From positions 75,640,001 to 75,704,000 of the forward strand of contig NC_043006.1 in assembly GCF_006345805.1 (NCBI RefSeq): a DNA stretch of 64,000 bases, read 5' to 3'. Shown piece after piece: positions 1-12,001 of this stretch. Position 1 is the stretch's first letter. Each line of letters begins with the position of its first letter. The position numbers were made by a program, and so were the translations under genes. The notes beneath the pieces were generated by a model, which was not told the DNA's origin, searched no databases, and saw only the letters and a list, made by a program, of their open reading frames with translations. The DNA is from Octopus sinensis. Taxonomy: Eukaryota.

Positions 1-299
1 TGGGGAATCTCCCACTCTACAATCTTATCCGTATTTTTTGCCATGTATTTTGCCATTTTTGCCATGTTTTAAATTAAAAAGTAAAAAAGGCCAAAACAAT
101 AGTTCACAAATTCAAAAATGAGGGAAAGAAATCAAAAAGAAACAAAAGGAAATAAGAGAAAAAGCTAACAGCTCACTAAGAAAGTCACAACAGAAGAAAA
201 AAAAACATCAGTTCAGCAAAACACACCAAACAAAATTCTTTTGGGCATTCAGGTACTCCACTCCCTATGGTAATCCGATTAGAACCTGGACTGCTCCAG

Positions 300-579
300 T
301 TGAAATACAGCTTTCCAATTAGTGGTAAACGTAGTTGTAAAAATACACACTATGTACAAACAAAGAACAAGTTTTGGTTGAAGGATACGTCACCAAACTA
401 GACTTCTCATAATGAGAAAAAAAATTCACTTAATGTGAACACTTGAAATACAGCTTTCCAATAAATGGTAAATGTTATTATAAAAAAACATTAAAAAGTG
501 AACAACTTTTGGTTGAAGAATAAAGCTCCAAACTGTACTTCTCACAATGAGAAAAAAACAATTTCACTTAATGTGAACA
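300..579. repeat. Diverged tandem duplication, ~143-bp unit x2
   Basis: Two units start TTGAAATACAGCTTTCCAAT (300 and 443) and both end TCACTTAATGTGAACA. Confidence 0.85.
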
Positions 580-809
580 ATATTGCTGAACCGTAAGCAG
601 ACCAACATCCTGAATCCAGTGAGCACTCCTTGTTTAAAAAAAATACAACCACAGACAACAACTCCCACTGGACGCAAGAGACAAAAGTCTTACCTTGCAG
701 CAGCTTCTTTTGGCAGGCTAAACACTGCTGGCTATCTTCTTCAGTGCACAACACAATGACACATGTGTACACTGACAACAAAAGACTCATGGGAAGTCTC
801 AGACTCAAG

Positions 810-852
810 GGTTGGAAAGCAAGCTACTTACCACACAGCCACTGCTACGCCT
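810..852 (-). mobile_element. SINE family B, isolated tRNA-like 5' head fragment
   Basis: Reverse complement reads AGGCGTAGCAGTGGCTGTGTGGTAAGTAGCTTGCTTTCCAACC, matching the heads of the other family B copies. Confidence 0.75.
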
Positions 853-893
853 GTACTACTAGTTCGACAGCACTGCTTGCTTATGTGTAGATA

Positions 894-1110
894 CAGTGTC
901 AAGGAATATAAAGGAGTTTAATGAAAACGGTTTGATGTATATTCGAACTCAAGTTACAGAGTTTCACCAAGATCTTGTTTTTGCCTTACAGATGTTCAGG
1001 ACGGGCATCAGTTGCCTCAAAGTCCATTAGTCTGGGTGGCCAGCAAATGGTGTTAGTCACAATCTCATTTCCTATGAATGTTTTATATGAATCTACGTGT
1101 CTCGACTGTT
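894..1110 (-). mobile_element. Degenerate Tc1/mariner-type 3' remnant
   Basis: TA-CAGTGTC terminus at 892-900. The minus strand gives ICWPPRLMDF, resembling the WPPxSPDLNPxD motif of Tc1/mariner transposases. Confidence 0.4.
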
Positions 1111-1419
1111 CGGAAACAAGGAAAACGAAATATTACCATTGTGATATAACTATTTTTGCGATATCGTTGTTTGAATAATAATAAGGACCGGAAAAAGTGT
1201 CGTGAATGGCGAGGAGAACGATGATGATGATGATGATGATGGCCCTGTGTCCGTTTCCTGTCTAAGTAGATTACTTACAGTTCTTATTTAAAATTTTTTT
1301 TTGTATATAAGGCCATTGTTGTTTGTTTTTCATATGTCCCCAGGTCAGTAATAGTATATGAAAATATTACAGCCAAGCAGACACACACACACACATCTAC
1401 CTAGACATGCGCATATAGG

Positions 1420-1476
1420 CGAATGTAAGTACGTATATGTGAGTGTGTACATATATACATACATATATGTATTTAT

Positions 1477-1507
<31 letters not shown>

Positions 1508-1528
1508 AATGCATATATATACTATATA

Positions 1529-1565
<37 letters not shown>

Positions 1566-1615
1566 TGCATATATGTATATAATATATATATATATATATA
1601 TATACATGCAATATG

Positions 1616-1646
<31 letters not shown>

Positions 1647-1906
1647 CATGCATATATGTAATATATATATATTATATATATATAATATATACATGCATAT
1701 ATGTATATATGTACACGTTCACATATACGTATCTAAATGCGTCTGTGTATGTATATACACGCACACATACACACGACATACACACGACATACACACATAC
1801 ACATATTTATAATCTGCCTAGCTATATGTCTAGGGCTAAATAAGTATATGAATATACACACCCAGAAAGATATATGCATACATATATACATATATACATA
1901 GATACA

Positions 1907-1945
<39 letters not shown>
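1420..1945. repeat. Compound (TA)n/(CA)n/(TACA)n microsatellite
   Basis: Read directly from the sequence. It accounts for the spurious YI/HT ORFs here. Confidence 0.95.
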
Positions 1946-1947
<2 letters not shown>

Positions 1948-2554
1948 ACACATATTATAAAGCAAAAGAAAACGGGTGAGATAAAGGAAGAGAGTATATA
2001 AATAAGAACGATTATACCAGCGGTGGATTATAAATTATATTACTGTGCTATAAGTCTCGTGTTACAACAGTATTTCAGAGAATTGAAATTGTCGTCGTCC
2101 GTCAACCTTAACAGACAAAGGATAAATTAGTTATGTATTTGTATTCTTGTCTCTGTTTTTATTAATTTTTGGTTTGCCTGTTTTTCTGTTATTTTTTTGT
2201 TTGTATTTTTTTTCTTTTTCTATTGATAGTTCGATCAAAATTATAACATTTATTGTAGAATGACCTTTTCCTTTTCAATAAAATCTACAATGTAGTAAAT
2301 ACAAGAGAAATGATTGGCGTCGGAAGAAACAAATAAAATTATCGCCAAACTTTACACTTGACTGATTAATATATAAAAAAAAATAATAACAAAATTATTA
2401 TCTCACCTTTGCTTTGGTGTTATTTAGCCCGGGGTCAACTTCGGTTGAGCACTCCCATTATCAAAGGCTTTTCAGTTGTGACCATTACGTCTGTCATGTT
2501 TCACAAAAAATTTATTTCAGAAATTGTGAGTCTAGGACTTAATAATCTTCCAAT

Positions 2555-2961
2555 AGGTACGGTAGTGGCTGTGTGGTAAGTAGCTTGCTTACCAACCACA
2601 TGGTTCCGGGTTCATTCCCACTGCGTGGCATCTTGGGCAAGTGTCTTCTACTATAGGCTCGAGCCGACCAAAGCCTTGTGAGTGGATTTGGTAGACGGAA
2701 ACTTTAGTCGAGAAAATCGACCCCCCCCCAGGACTTAATCTGTGTAAGCCTAGTACTTATTCTATCGGTCTCTTTTGCTGAACCGCTAAGTTACGAGGAC
2801 ATAAACACATCAGCATCAGTTGTCAAGCGATATTGGGAGAGAAACATAGACACACAAACACACACAAATATATATATACATATATACGACGGGCTTCTTT
2901 CAGTTTCCGTCTACCAAATCTACTCACAAGGCTTTGGTCGGCCCGAGCCTATAGTAAAGGC

Positions 2962-2998
<37 letters not shown>

Positions 2999-3403
2999 GG
3001 TGTCCCAAAAAATGTATACACATAGTGGTACGGCAAAAGAGAACGATAGAATAAGTACTAGGCTTACAAAGAATAACAAATTTACAATTATTTAAGGTGT
3101 GTATACATTTTTTGGGGACACCCTGCATATATATATATATTTATATATATATATATAATATATATATATATATATGTATGTGTGTGTATATGTTTGTGTC
3201 TGTGTTTGTCCCCTCCCCCAACATCACTTGACGACCGTTGCTGGTGTGTTTACATCCCCGTACCTTAGCGGTTCGCTAAAAGATACCAATAGAATAAGTA
3301 CTAGGCTTACAAAGAATGAGTCCTAGGGTTGATTTGCTCGACTAAAGGCGGTGCTCCAGCATGGCTGCAGTCAAATGCCTGAAACGATTAAAAGAGTAAA
3401 AGA
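2555..3403 (+). mobile_element. SINE family B (tRNA head, CORE-like CCTTGGGCAAGT segment, internal microsatellite, LINE-like tail), rearranged with an internal inverted segment
   Basis: Head on + at 2555-2703, inverted tail/body at 2704-2956, tail on + at 3180-3403 ending GAAACGATTAAAAGAGTAAAAGA. Confidence 0.85.
2996..3125. mobile_element. Tc1/mariner-type MITE, 130 bp, inserted in (TA)n
   Basis: ~27-bp TIRs CAGGGTGTCCCAAAAAATGTATACACA / TGTGTATACATTTTTTGGGGACACCCTG, with TA on the left and CA (mutated TA) on the right. Confidence 0.85.
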
Positions 3404-3505
3404 GGCTGTGATTTCGTGGTATGGATGTAATGAGAGTAAGAAGTGAATAATACTTAGAGTTATTATGTACAGTTGTTTCGTTATCTTCTTATTATTTATT
3501 TGTAT

Positions 3506-3797
3506 AAGGCGGTGAGCTGGCAGAAACGTTAGCACGCCGGGCGAAATGCTTAGCAGTATTTCGTCTGGCGCTACGTTCTGAGTTCAAATTCTGTCGAGGT
3601 CGACTTCGCCTTTCATCCATTCGAGATCGATTAAATAAGTACCAGTTACGCACTGGAGTCGATATGATCGACTTAATCCGTTTTGATTGTCCTTGTTTAT
3701 CCCCCCTGTGTGTAGCCCCTTGTGGGCAGTAAAGAAATAGGTATTTCGTCAGCCGTTACGTTCTGAGTTCAAATTCCGCCGAGGTCGACTTTGCCTA
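3506..3797 (+). mobile_element. SINE family A (tRNA head, TTTCATCC..GGTCGAT.AAATAAGTACC central domain), one full unit plus a partial second unit
   Basis: Head AAGGCGGTGAGCTGGCAGAAACGTTAGCACGCCGGG, B-box-like GAGTTCAAATTC, tail GTAAAGAAATAG, then a restart at GTATTTCGTC. Confidence 0.9.
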
Positions 3798-3809
3798 TTT
3801 TTTTATTTT

Positions 3810-4069
3810 AAGGCGGCGAGCTGGCAGAAACGTTAGCACGCCGGGCGAAATGCTTTGTGGTATTTCGTCCGCCGCTACGTTCTGAGTTCAAATTCCACCG
3901 AGGTTGACTTTGCCTTTCATCCTTTCCGTCTACCAAATCCACTCTAAAGGCTTTGGTCGGCCTGAGGCTATAATAGAAGAGACTTGCTTAAGGTGCCACT
4001 CACTGGGACTGAACCCAGAAACATGTGGTTGGTAAGCAAGCTGCTTACCACAGAGCCACTCCTGCGCCT
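3810..4069. mobile_element. SINE A 5' part (+) fused to SINE B 5' part (-)
   Basis: Family A sequence runs to CATCCTTTCC (~3927), then the reverse complement of family B follows (GTCTACCAAATCC...CCTGCGCCT). Confidence 0.8.
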
Positions 4070-4528
4070 ATAATTATATTATAGGCGGTAAATAAACCCA
4101 ACCACTATGCTAGAATAAGGCGCCAAATGTCTCTAAAAACCATTAGAATAGGTTGTAAGGCAGCAGATGATAAAATAAATAAGATTTTTTACGAAAGGTG
4201 TATATATTTATATATACAAACAGTTAAATTTTAACTACGTTCTAACAAGTATTTAAGTACACGCACACCTATATAAATAGTTACGTTTTTTTTAGCTATA
4301 TTCACAAACAAATTTTCTGTCGTCTGCTATGCTTGAGAATGTAAAAAAAAAAAAAACTTAACCGTTTATATTATATTACATGTTTTTTCTGAAATCTTTT
4401 CATTCATCATGGAAGTACAAGCGTGTAACACAATGTTGTTTTGACAGACGAAGGTAAACAAGGATAGCTAACCAAGTAATATGTTTACCTGAATTAAACT
4501 TCATAGTAAGAAGTAGCGTAAGAAGCAG

Positions 4529-4945
4529 AAGGCGGCGAGCTGGCAGAAACGTTAGCACGCCGGGCGAAATGTTTAGCAGTATTTCGTCTGTCGTTAAGTT
4601 CTGAGTTCAAATTCCACCGAGGTTGACTTTGCCTTTCATTCTTTCGGGGTCGATAAATGAAGTACCAGTTACGCACTGGGATCGATGAAATCAGCTTAAT
4701 CCCTTATCTGTCCTTGTTTGTCCCCTCTGTGTTTAGCCCATCTTTTGGGTAGTAAAGAAATAGGTATTTCGTCTGCCGCTACGTTCTGAGTTCAAATTCT
4801 GCCGAGGTCGACTTTGCCTTTCATCTTTTCGGGGTCGATTAAATAAGTACCAGTTACGCACTGGAGTCGATATAACCGACTTAATCCGTTTGTCTGTCCT
4901 TGTTTGTCCCCTCTGTGTGTAGCCCCTTGCCGGCAGTAAAGAAAT
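4529..4945 (+). mobile_element. SINE family A dimer with 14-bp flanking direct repeat
   Basis: Two units joined at AAATAG|GTATTTCGTC. TAAGAAGTAGCGTA occurs at 4507-4520 and 4945-4958. Confidence 0.9.
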
Positions 4946-5659
4946 AAGAAGTAGCGTATCGCTCTGGTCGTTTTCCCATTCTAAGCTATGATTGTGAATG
5001 TACATACATTTTAAGCACACACACACACACAGACACACACACATACACACACACAAATACTTTGCTCACATCTCCGCATAGAGATGAAGATATATGCAGA
5101 AAAATGATTACGGTAGGCCTTTTATATGCATAAAATGCCTCTAAAATTATGTACCCCATCTTCTTTAAAATAAGTAACATGTGATTTATTTCTAGCAAAT
5201 CGTATGAACCCTTAAATGCTTTCTAGATGCTTCAACTAAGCTATAGTTTTGCTTCGGCATGTAAACTTTCTTTTGTTCGCCTCTGACTCTATAGTACGTG
5301 ATACAAAGGTATTACAATGTTTGTAGTAATCTATTCATTATTTATTCATTTCTCTAAAATTGCATCCTTGACACCAGTTCAAAAACCTATAAAAGTGTAC
5401 GAATTGCGCCATAGACCGAAGGAAAAGTTCCAGGAAAACACGGACTACGAATTATTTCGCTTGATTTGAGTTACTAATGAGTATGAGAAAGATTTCGATT
5501 TTACATTTCATTAACCGTGCTCTAGAAAGAAAGAAGCGTCATCGTATCATGCTAAAAATATCCTAAAATTGTACGCAGTTTCATAGCAAACGTGGAAGTG
5601 GAAAAGGAATGATTTTAGTAAGTCAAGCTTTCAGGAAGGTCTCACGTCCGAGAAGTATC

Positions 5660-6065
5660 CATGTGGCTGTGTGTTAAGAAGCTTGCTTCCCAATCACATG
5701 GTTACGGGTTCAGTCTCACAGAGTGGTACCTCGGGCAAATATCTTCTTCTATAGCCTCGGGCCGACCAAAGCCTTGTGAATGTATTTGGTAGGCGGAAAC
5801 TGAAAGAAGCCCGTCTTATATACATACATATATATGTGTGTGTATCTTTGTGTCTGTGCTTCTCTCCTCACCCACCGCTTGATAACCGGTGTTGGTGTGT
5901 TTACGTCCCAGTAACTTAGAAGTTCGAAGAAAGAAACCGATAAAATAACTACCAGGCTTAATAAAAAGTCCTGGTCTCGATTTGCTCAACTAAAACCCTT
6001 TAAGGCGTTGCCCCAACATGGCCGCAATTAAATGACTCAAACAAGTAAAAGAAAAGAATAAAAGA
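5660..6065 (+). mobile_element. SINE family B, near full length
   Basis: Runs from head GTGGCTGTGTGTTAAGAAGC to tail CATGGCCGCAATTAAATGACTCAAACAAGTAAAAGA. Confidence 0.85.
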
Positions 6066-6294
6066 TGCCACTGACATTAATTTTGTTTTATAAGGTAAAA
6101 AAGTATGAATGCTGCAACATTGAATATCGTTCATTTTCTGAACACAATTCAACGGGAAAACCACAAAGTACATAACATGCTTGTAGTCGACCTCGCATCT
6201 TCCTACACAAGTATAAGAAGATACAAGAAGGAGATGGCTCGTCGATTTGATGGCGGAAAAAGAAAGAAAAGAATGATCATAGTATGAAGCAAAG

Positions 6295-6653
6295 AGGCAG
6301 AGCAATATGTTTAAGAAGCTTCCTTTGCAACCACATGCTTTCGGGTTCGATCTCACTGCGTAACATGTTGGGAAAGAGCCTTCTACTATAGCCTCGGTCG
6401 AATAATGCACTGTGAGTGAATTTGCTTGGCGGAAAGTGAGTGGAATTTTAAGGCGGCGATTTGGCAGATCGTTAGCACGCCAGGCGAAATGCTTAGCAGT
6501 ATTTCGTCTGCCGCTACGTTCTAAGTTCATATTCCGCCGAGGTCGACTTTGCCTTTCATCCGATCGGGGTCGATTAAATAAGTACCATTTACGCACTGGG
6601 GTCGATGTAATAGACTTAATCCGTTTGTCTGTTCTGTTTGTCCCTCTATGTTT
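6295..6653 (+). mobile_element. Degenerate SINE B head followed by SINE A (from ~6450), truncated by the gap
   Basis: Sequence similarity to the other copies in the window. Confidence 0.8.
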
Positions 6654-6753
6654 NNNNNNNNNNNNNNNNNNNNNNNNNNNNNNNNNNNNNNNNNNNNNNN
6701 NNNNNNNNNNNNNNNNNNNNNNNNNNNNNNNNNNNNNNNNNNNNNNNNNNNNN
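6654..6753. other. Assembly gap (100 N)
   Basis: Run of exactly 100 N. Confidence 1.
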
Positions 6754-6902
6754 TTACCCTCTGCACAGACGGAAACATACATATAAGCATATAAGCATAC
6801 ACGTATATACCTATCTACACATATGCATATATATATACATACATGCACATACACCTAACTCTACATACTTACATATACATAAACACACGAGCGTACACAC
6901 AC

Positions 6903-6943
<41 letters not shown>

Positions 6944-8090
6944 CATACATATATACACACACATATATACATATATACACATACATACACATACATACAC
7001 ACACACATACACATACATACATACATATACATATATACATACACACACACTCACATACACATACATACACATATATATAGATATATATATACATATATAT
7101 ATCTATATATACATTACACATATACATATACACATACACATACACGCACACATATACACATATATATATGTGTGTTGCACATATACATACATATATACAC
7201 ATATATATCACCATACCCAATATAGCCACATACATGCATAAATGTATACAATATGTTTAAATACAAATGCATACACATACACACACTCACGCGCCTCCTT
7301 ATTATACATAAATACATACATGCATACAAACGCATACTCATGTAATAAATAATGAATAATAAATAATAGATATATATACACATGCAGTTACCCTCTGCAC
7401 AGACGGAAACATACATATAGGCATACACGTATATACCATCTACACATATGTATATATACATACATATATACACACACATATATACATATATACACATACA
7501 TACACAACATAACACACACATACACATACATAAAATATACATATATACATACACACACACTCAATACACATACATACACATATATATAGATATATATATA
7601 CATATATATATCTATATATACATTACACATATACATATACATATACACATACACATACACGCAAACATTACACATATATATATGTGTGTGCACATATACA
7701 TACATATACAAATATACATACATATATACACATATACCATACATATATACACATATACATACATATATACACATATATATACACACAAGCACATACATGC
7801 ATAAATGTATACATATGTTTATACAAATGCAACACATCACACACTCACGCGCCTCCTTATTATCCATAAATAATAAGCATACAAACGCATACATTACTCA
7901 TGTAATAAATAATGAATAATAAATAATAGATATATATACACATGCAGTTACCCTCTGCACAGACGGAAACATACATATAGGCATACACGTATATACCCAT
8001 TACACATATGTATATATATCATACATACACATACACACAACTCTACATACTTACATATACATAAACACACGAGCGTACAACCACCACAAT
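6754..8090. repeat. Tandem ~560-630-bp macrosatellite unit built on (CA/TA)n, at least 2.3 copies, abutting the gap
   Basis: The anchor TTACCCTCTGCACAGACGGAAAC recurs at 6754, 7388 and 7948. CACTCACGCGCCTCCTT occurs twice. Confidence 0.85.
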
Positions 8091-8134
8091 ATATATTATA
8101 TATATAGATATCATATATACATATATATACAAAC

Positions 8135-8174
<40 letters not shown>

Positions 8175-8351
8175 TTCTTTTGAATGAAACAGTTCTAGTC
8201 CTGTAGCTCCTTCTATAAAATAAATTAATTTACTCTGCTATGTATTGAGTACCCTATTTACTGTGGTTAACCCCGACTCAACCCGGGACCTACACACACA
8301 CACACCCACACACACATATATATTATATATATATATTATATATATATATAT

Positions 8352-8860
8352 ATATATTTAGTGAGGGAAGAAATGGAGCTGAACGGATTTTACAAAATTC
8401 CTTTATTATTTTTCTACATATGTTTCAAAGGCTGCAAAGTCCCTAATTCGGATTGAATAAGGAGGACCATTTTGCAGCTTTCTCTTCAGGAAAATCCAGG
8501 AACTTAAATCTCCAACAAAATGCGCAGCAAGCTTTTCGACAAACGCTCTCTAGGAGCCCATGGGCTCCTAGAGAGCAGAGAAAGCTGCAAAATGGTCTCC
8601 TTATTCAATCCGAATTAGGGACTTTGCAGCCTTTGAAACATATGTAGAAAATAATAAAAAGGAATTTTGTAAAATCTTCGTTCAGTTCCATTTCTTCCCT
8701 CACTAAATATATAAAACTTCAAATTTCCGCACTAAGGCACGGTTTTGAGACCCCATGGTCGTAACCTCAACCGTCATTTTTCTGTTGTGATTTTTGCTAC
8801 CCAGGTATCGGTTATAATTTGAATAATCCGTAACAGATAATTCATTTATCCATTTCAATA
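8352..8860. mobile_element. (TA)n-inserted fold-back element with a hammerhead motif (Penelope-type inverted terminal structure)
   Basis: Inverted arms at 8352-8485 and 8577-8713, a 32-bp perfect palindrome at 8545-8576, then a unique tail to (TA)n. Confidence 0.8.
8409..8495 (-). ncRNA. Type I hammerhead ribozyme motif
   Basis: UUUUC-CUGAAGA-[GAAAGCUGCAAA...UUUGCAGCCUUU]-GAAAC-AUAU-GUA-GAAAA. Stems I, II and III all pair and the core is intact. Confidence 0.8.
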
Positions 8861-8979
8861 TATATATATATATATATATATATCTATATATAGTACCATA
8901 TAAGGCGAAAAGAATGGGCGAAAAAGTCGTTATATGTATGTATTTCTGTTATGGGCGTTGGTATTCTTTTAAAAAAATG

Positions 8980-9020
<41 letters not shown>

Positions 9021-9049
9021 AATCTATTGATAAGTACGTAAGTGCATAG

Positions 9050-9085
<36 letters not shown>

Positions 9086-9248
9086 TCACACACACACACA
9101 CATACTTACACACGCTCACACATACATGCATATTTATGTATTTGTGAAAGAGACAGGGAAAGAAAGAGACATATATATATATTTTTTGTACAGTCTTACT
9201 CAAGCCTGGGTATTGTTCATCGTTCTCTGTGTTAATACGAGTGTAAGT

Positions 9249-9308
9249 GATAGAGCGGTAGAGCGATAGAGCGACAGAGCGATAGAGTGACAGAGCGATA
9301 GAGCGATA
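9249..9308 (+). repeat. (GATAGAGC)n octamer tandem repeat
   Basis: About 7 units, read directly. Confidence 0.85.
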
Positions 9309-9769
9309 AAATGATAAAAAAAGTAGCTAAAAAAAATACTATGATAAATTTATAAGACTACTTGTAAACTTACTATTTGAAGACATGCATTCATATACAT
9401 GAGGTTACATACACAACTTTCATTTGTATTTATTTACATTCATGCTGACTTAATTGATATCAAATTTCTTTCTCTCTGTCTCTCTTTAGTTTTTACTAAT
9501 TTCGTTTCTGCCTGTGTTTTTATGTTTACCCTTTTGTACGTTTTCCAATTTGGCGCATATACATATACATGTATCAACAAGAGAAAAAAGAAATTGCATT
9601 TTGTATAATAATTGATAAGGAGAAAAAGAGAGGTGCTGTTAGTTGAGAAATAAAATTTTCTGCTCACTAGTTTTATTGCAGGTTTCAGTGAAGAGGGTGA
9701 AGATCGGGTGGTAATAAAGAAAATACAAATCTTTGTAAGTAAAGATACAATATATATATTCTTTTATGT

Positions 9770-10236
9770 TCTTTTTTTCTTTTACTTGTTTCAGTCATTT
9801 AACTGCGGCCATGCTGGAACATCGCCTTTAGTCGAGCAAGTCGACCCCCAAGACTTATTCTTTGTAAGCCTAGTACTTATTCTTTCGTTGTCCTTTGTCG
9901 AACCGCTAAGTTGCGGGGATGTAAACGCACCAGCATCGGTTGTCAAGCGATGTTGTGGGGACAAACACAGACACACAAATATATACATACACATGCATAC
10001 ATACATACATACATACATACATACATACATACATACATACATACATACATACATACATACATACGTATATACATATATACGTGACGAGCTTCTTTCAGTT
10101 TCCGTCTACCAGCTCACAAGGCTTTGGTCGGCCAAGGCTATAGTAGAAGACAATTGCTCGAGGTGCCACACAGTGGAACTGAACCTGGAATCATGTGTTT
10201 TTTAAGGAAGCTACTTACCACACAGCCGCTCCTGCT

Positions 10237-10240
<4 letters not shown>
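9770..10240 (-). mobile_element. SINE family B, full length, internal (TACA)n
   Basis: The reverse complement matches the family B head, body and tail. Confidence 0.9.
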
Positions 10241-10273
<33 letters not shown>

Positions 10274-10544
10274 CAAAATAGGACAAGAACGCAAAACATC
10301 CCGACAGTTAGGTGATACAAAAAAGGGACAACAAAATGTCCAGATACACGATACAAAGAAAACAATGACGGATCTTTCGGAGTTTTCTTTCCTCAGTCGG
10401 GCTGCTGATTATCTTTGCAATATCGGCCGATTATACTCGAGATTGCTCCAATCTGGCCACCCCCAAGAAAAGACTAAGCTTATATATTCTGATGTTTTAG
10501 GAAATAGATTATGTAAAACGTTTGCGTCTATACTGTAGTTATAA

Positions 10545-10955
10545 ATGTTGGTTTGAAATTGTGGCACATTTCAGAGTAGGGGATAAGGCGATTACATCGA
10601 CCCCAGTGCTCAATTGGTAATTGTTATATCAATCCCGAAATGATGAAAGACGAAATTTGAAATGGACGAAATAACGCTAAACCTGTTTCTCGGTATGCCA
10701 TAGATTCTCTCAGCTCTCCGTCTTTACTGCAGTGATAAGGTTGGTTTCAAATTTTGGCACAAGGCCAGCAATTTTGGAGTAGGGCGTAAAGCGCGTACAT
10801 CGACCCTGTTACTCCTCTGGTACTTATTTTATCGACCACGAAATAATGAAAGGCAAAGTAGACTTCGATAGAATTTGAACTCAGACTATAAAAACGGACG
10901 ACATGCTGCTAAGCATTTTCCCCGATGTGCTGACGATCCTGACACCTTGCCGCCT
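10545..10955 (-). mobile_element. Two older SINE A-related copies (alternative tail TGGCCTTGTGCCAAAATTTGAAACC)
   Basis: Degenerate CATCGACCCCAGT...GGTACTTATTTTATCGAC...GAATTTGAACTCAGA segments at ~10590 and ~10795. Confidence 0.7.
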
Positions 10956-11286
10956 TTGCTGGAGTTATAGTGTTGATAATTCTTGTTGCTGTGTCAGTAA
11001 CACTTGTTTGGTTTAAGTAACAGTGATGTTATTATTGTTTTCTATTGTTTAACCTCTGGTCAGCCCTTATCGAGTAGAACCTGTGTTCAAAGTTATTCCA
11101 TATTTGACCATGCCACCGAATTTTTCGTATACCGCACACTACCTTATTGAATGCATCCTTCGATATTTTAAACAGTAAAGTGTGTCTGTGAGACATTTTG
11201 TTTCTATTTCTAGCTGGTTGGCTAACTACATGGTTAGTCCCTTTCGGTAGATAGTGATGTTTGTGAGTGAAGTTATTATGGTGGTG

Positions 11287-11317
<31 letters not shown>

Positions 11318-11318
<1 letters not shown>

Positions 11319-11570
11319 TTTTTTTTTTCTTCTTTCAAATTTGCTTCCATTTCTTGCCGAGTGTCTTCCCGACTCCTAGGGCAAAGAAACTCATAGTATA
11401 CATTGGCAGGCCATTAAACCAAACTCAATAGTTCGTTCATTTTTTTTTTTTAAGTTAAATTAAAATACATGAGCAGCAACAGTTCTCACATCGACAATGC
11501 TCTTCTCAATACGTGTGATGTACCAGTTAAGACAATCTTTTGCACTTCTTGCAGGGATGGTAAGCCAGGG

Positions 11571-11571
<1 letters not shown>
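11318..11571 (-). mobile_element. R4/Dong-clade non-LTR retrotransposon 3' end, inserted in (TAA)n
   Basis: The minus strand encodes IPGLPSLQEVQKIVLTGTSHVLRRALSM*, the typical QKxVLxGTxxILR C-terminus of REL-type elements. It is flanked by (TTA)n on both sides. Confidence 0.75.
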
Positions 11572-11622
<51 letters not shown>

Positions 11623-12001
11623 TATTATCATTATTATTATTATTATCATTATTATCATTATCATTATTATTATTATCATTATTATTAACATTATTATTAT
11701 CATTATTATTATTATCATTATCATTATTATCATTATCATTATTATCATTATCATTATTATTATTATCATTATTATTATTATCATTATTATTATTATCATC
11801 ATAATTATTATCATTATTATTATCATTATTATTATTATCATTATCATTATTATCATTATCATTATTATCATTATCATTATTATCATTATCATTATTATCA
11901 TTATTATTATTATCATTATTATCATTATCATTATTATTATTATCATTATTATTATTATCATAATTATTATCATTATTATTATCATTATTATTATCATTAT
12001 G

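Noticed and set aside
992-1178. Apparent splice acceptor TTGCCTTACAG and ORF 975-1178
   Set aside because: There is no good donor, and the region is better explained as an antisense Tc1/mariner remnant.
10362-10400. Hammerhead-like CUGAGGA..GAAA..GUC on the minus strand
   Set aside because: Stems I and III do not pair in this copy. It may be a decayed motif but cannot be supported.
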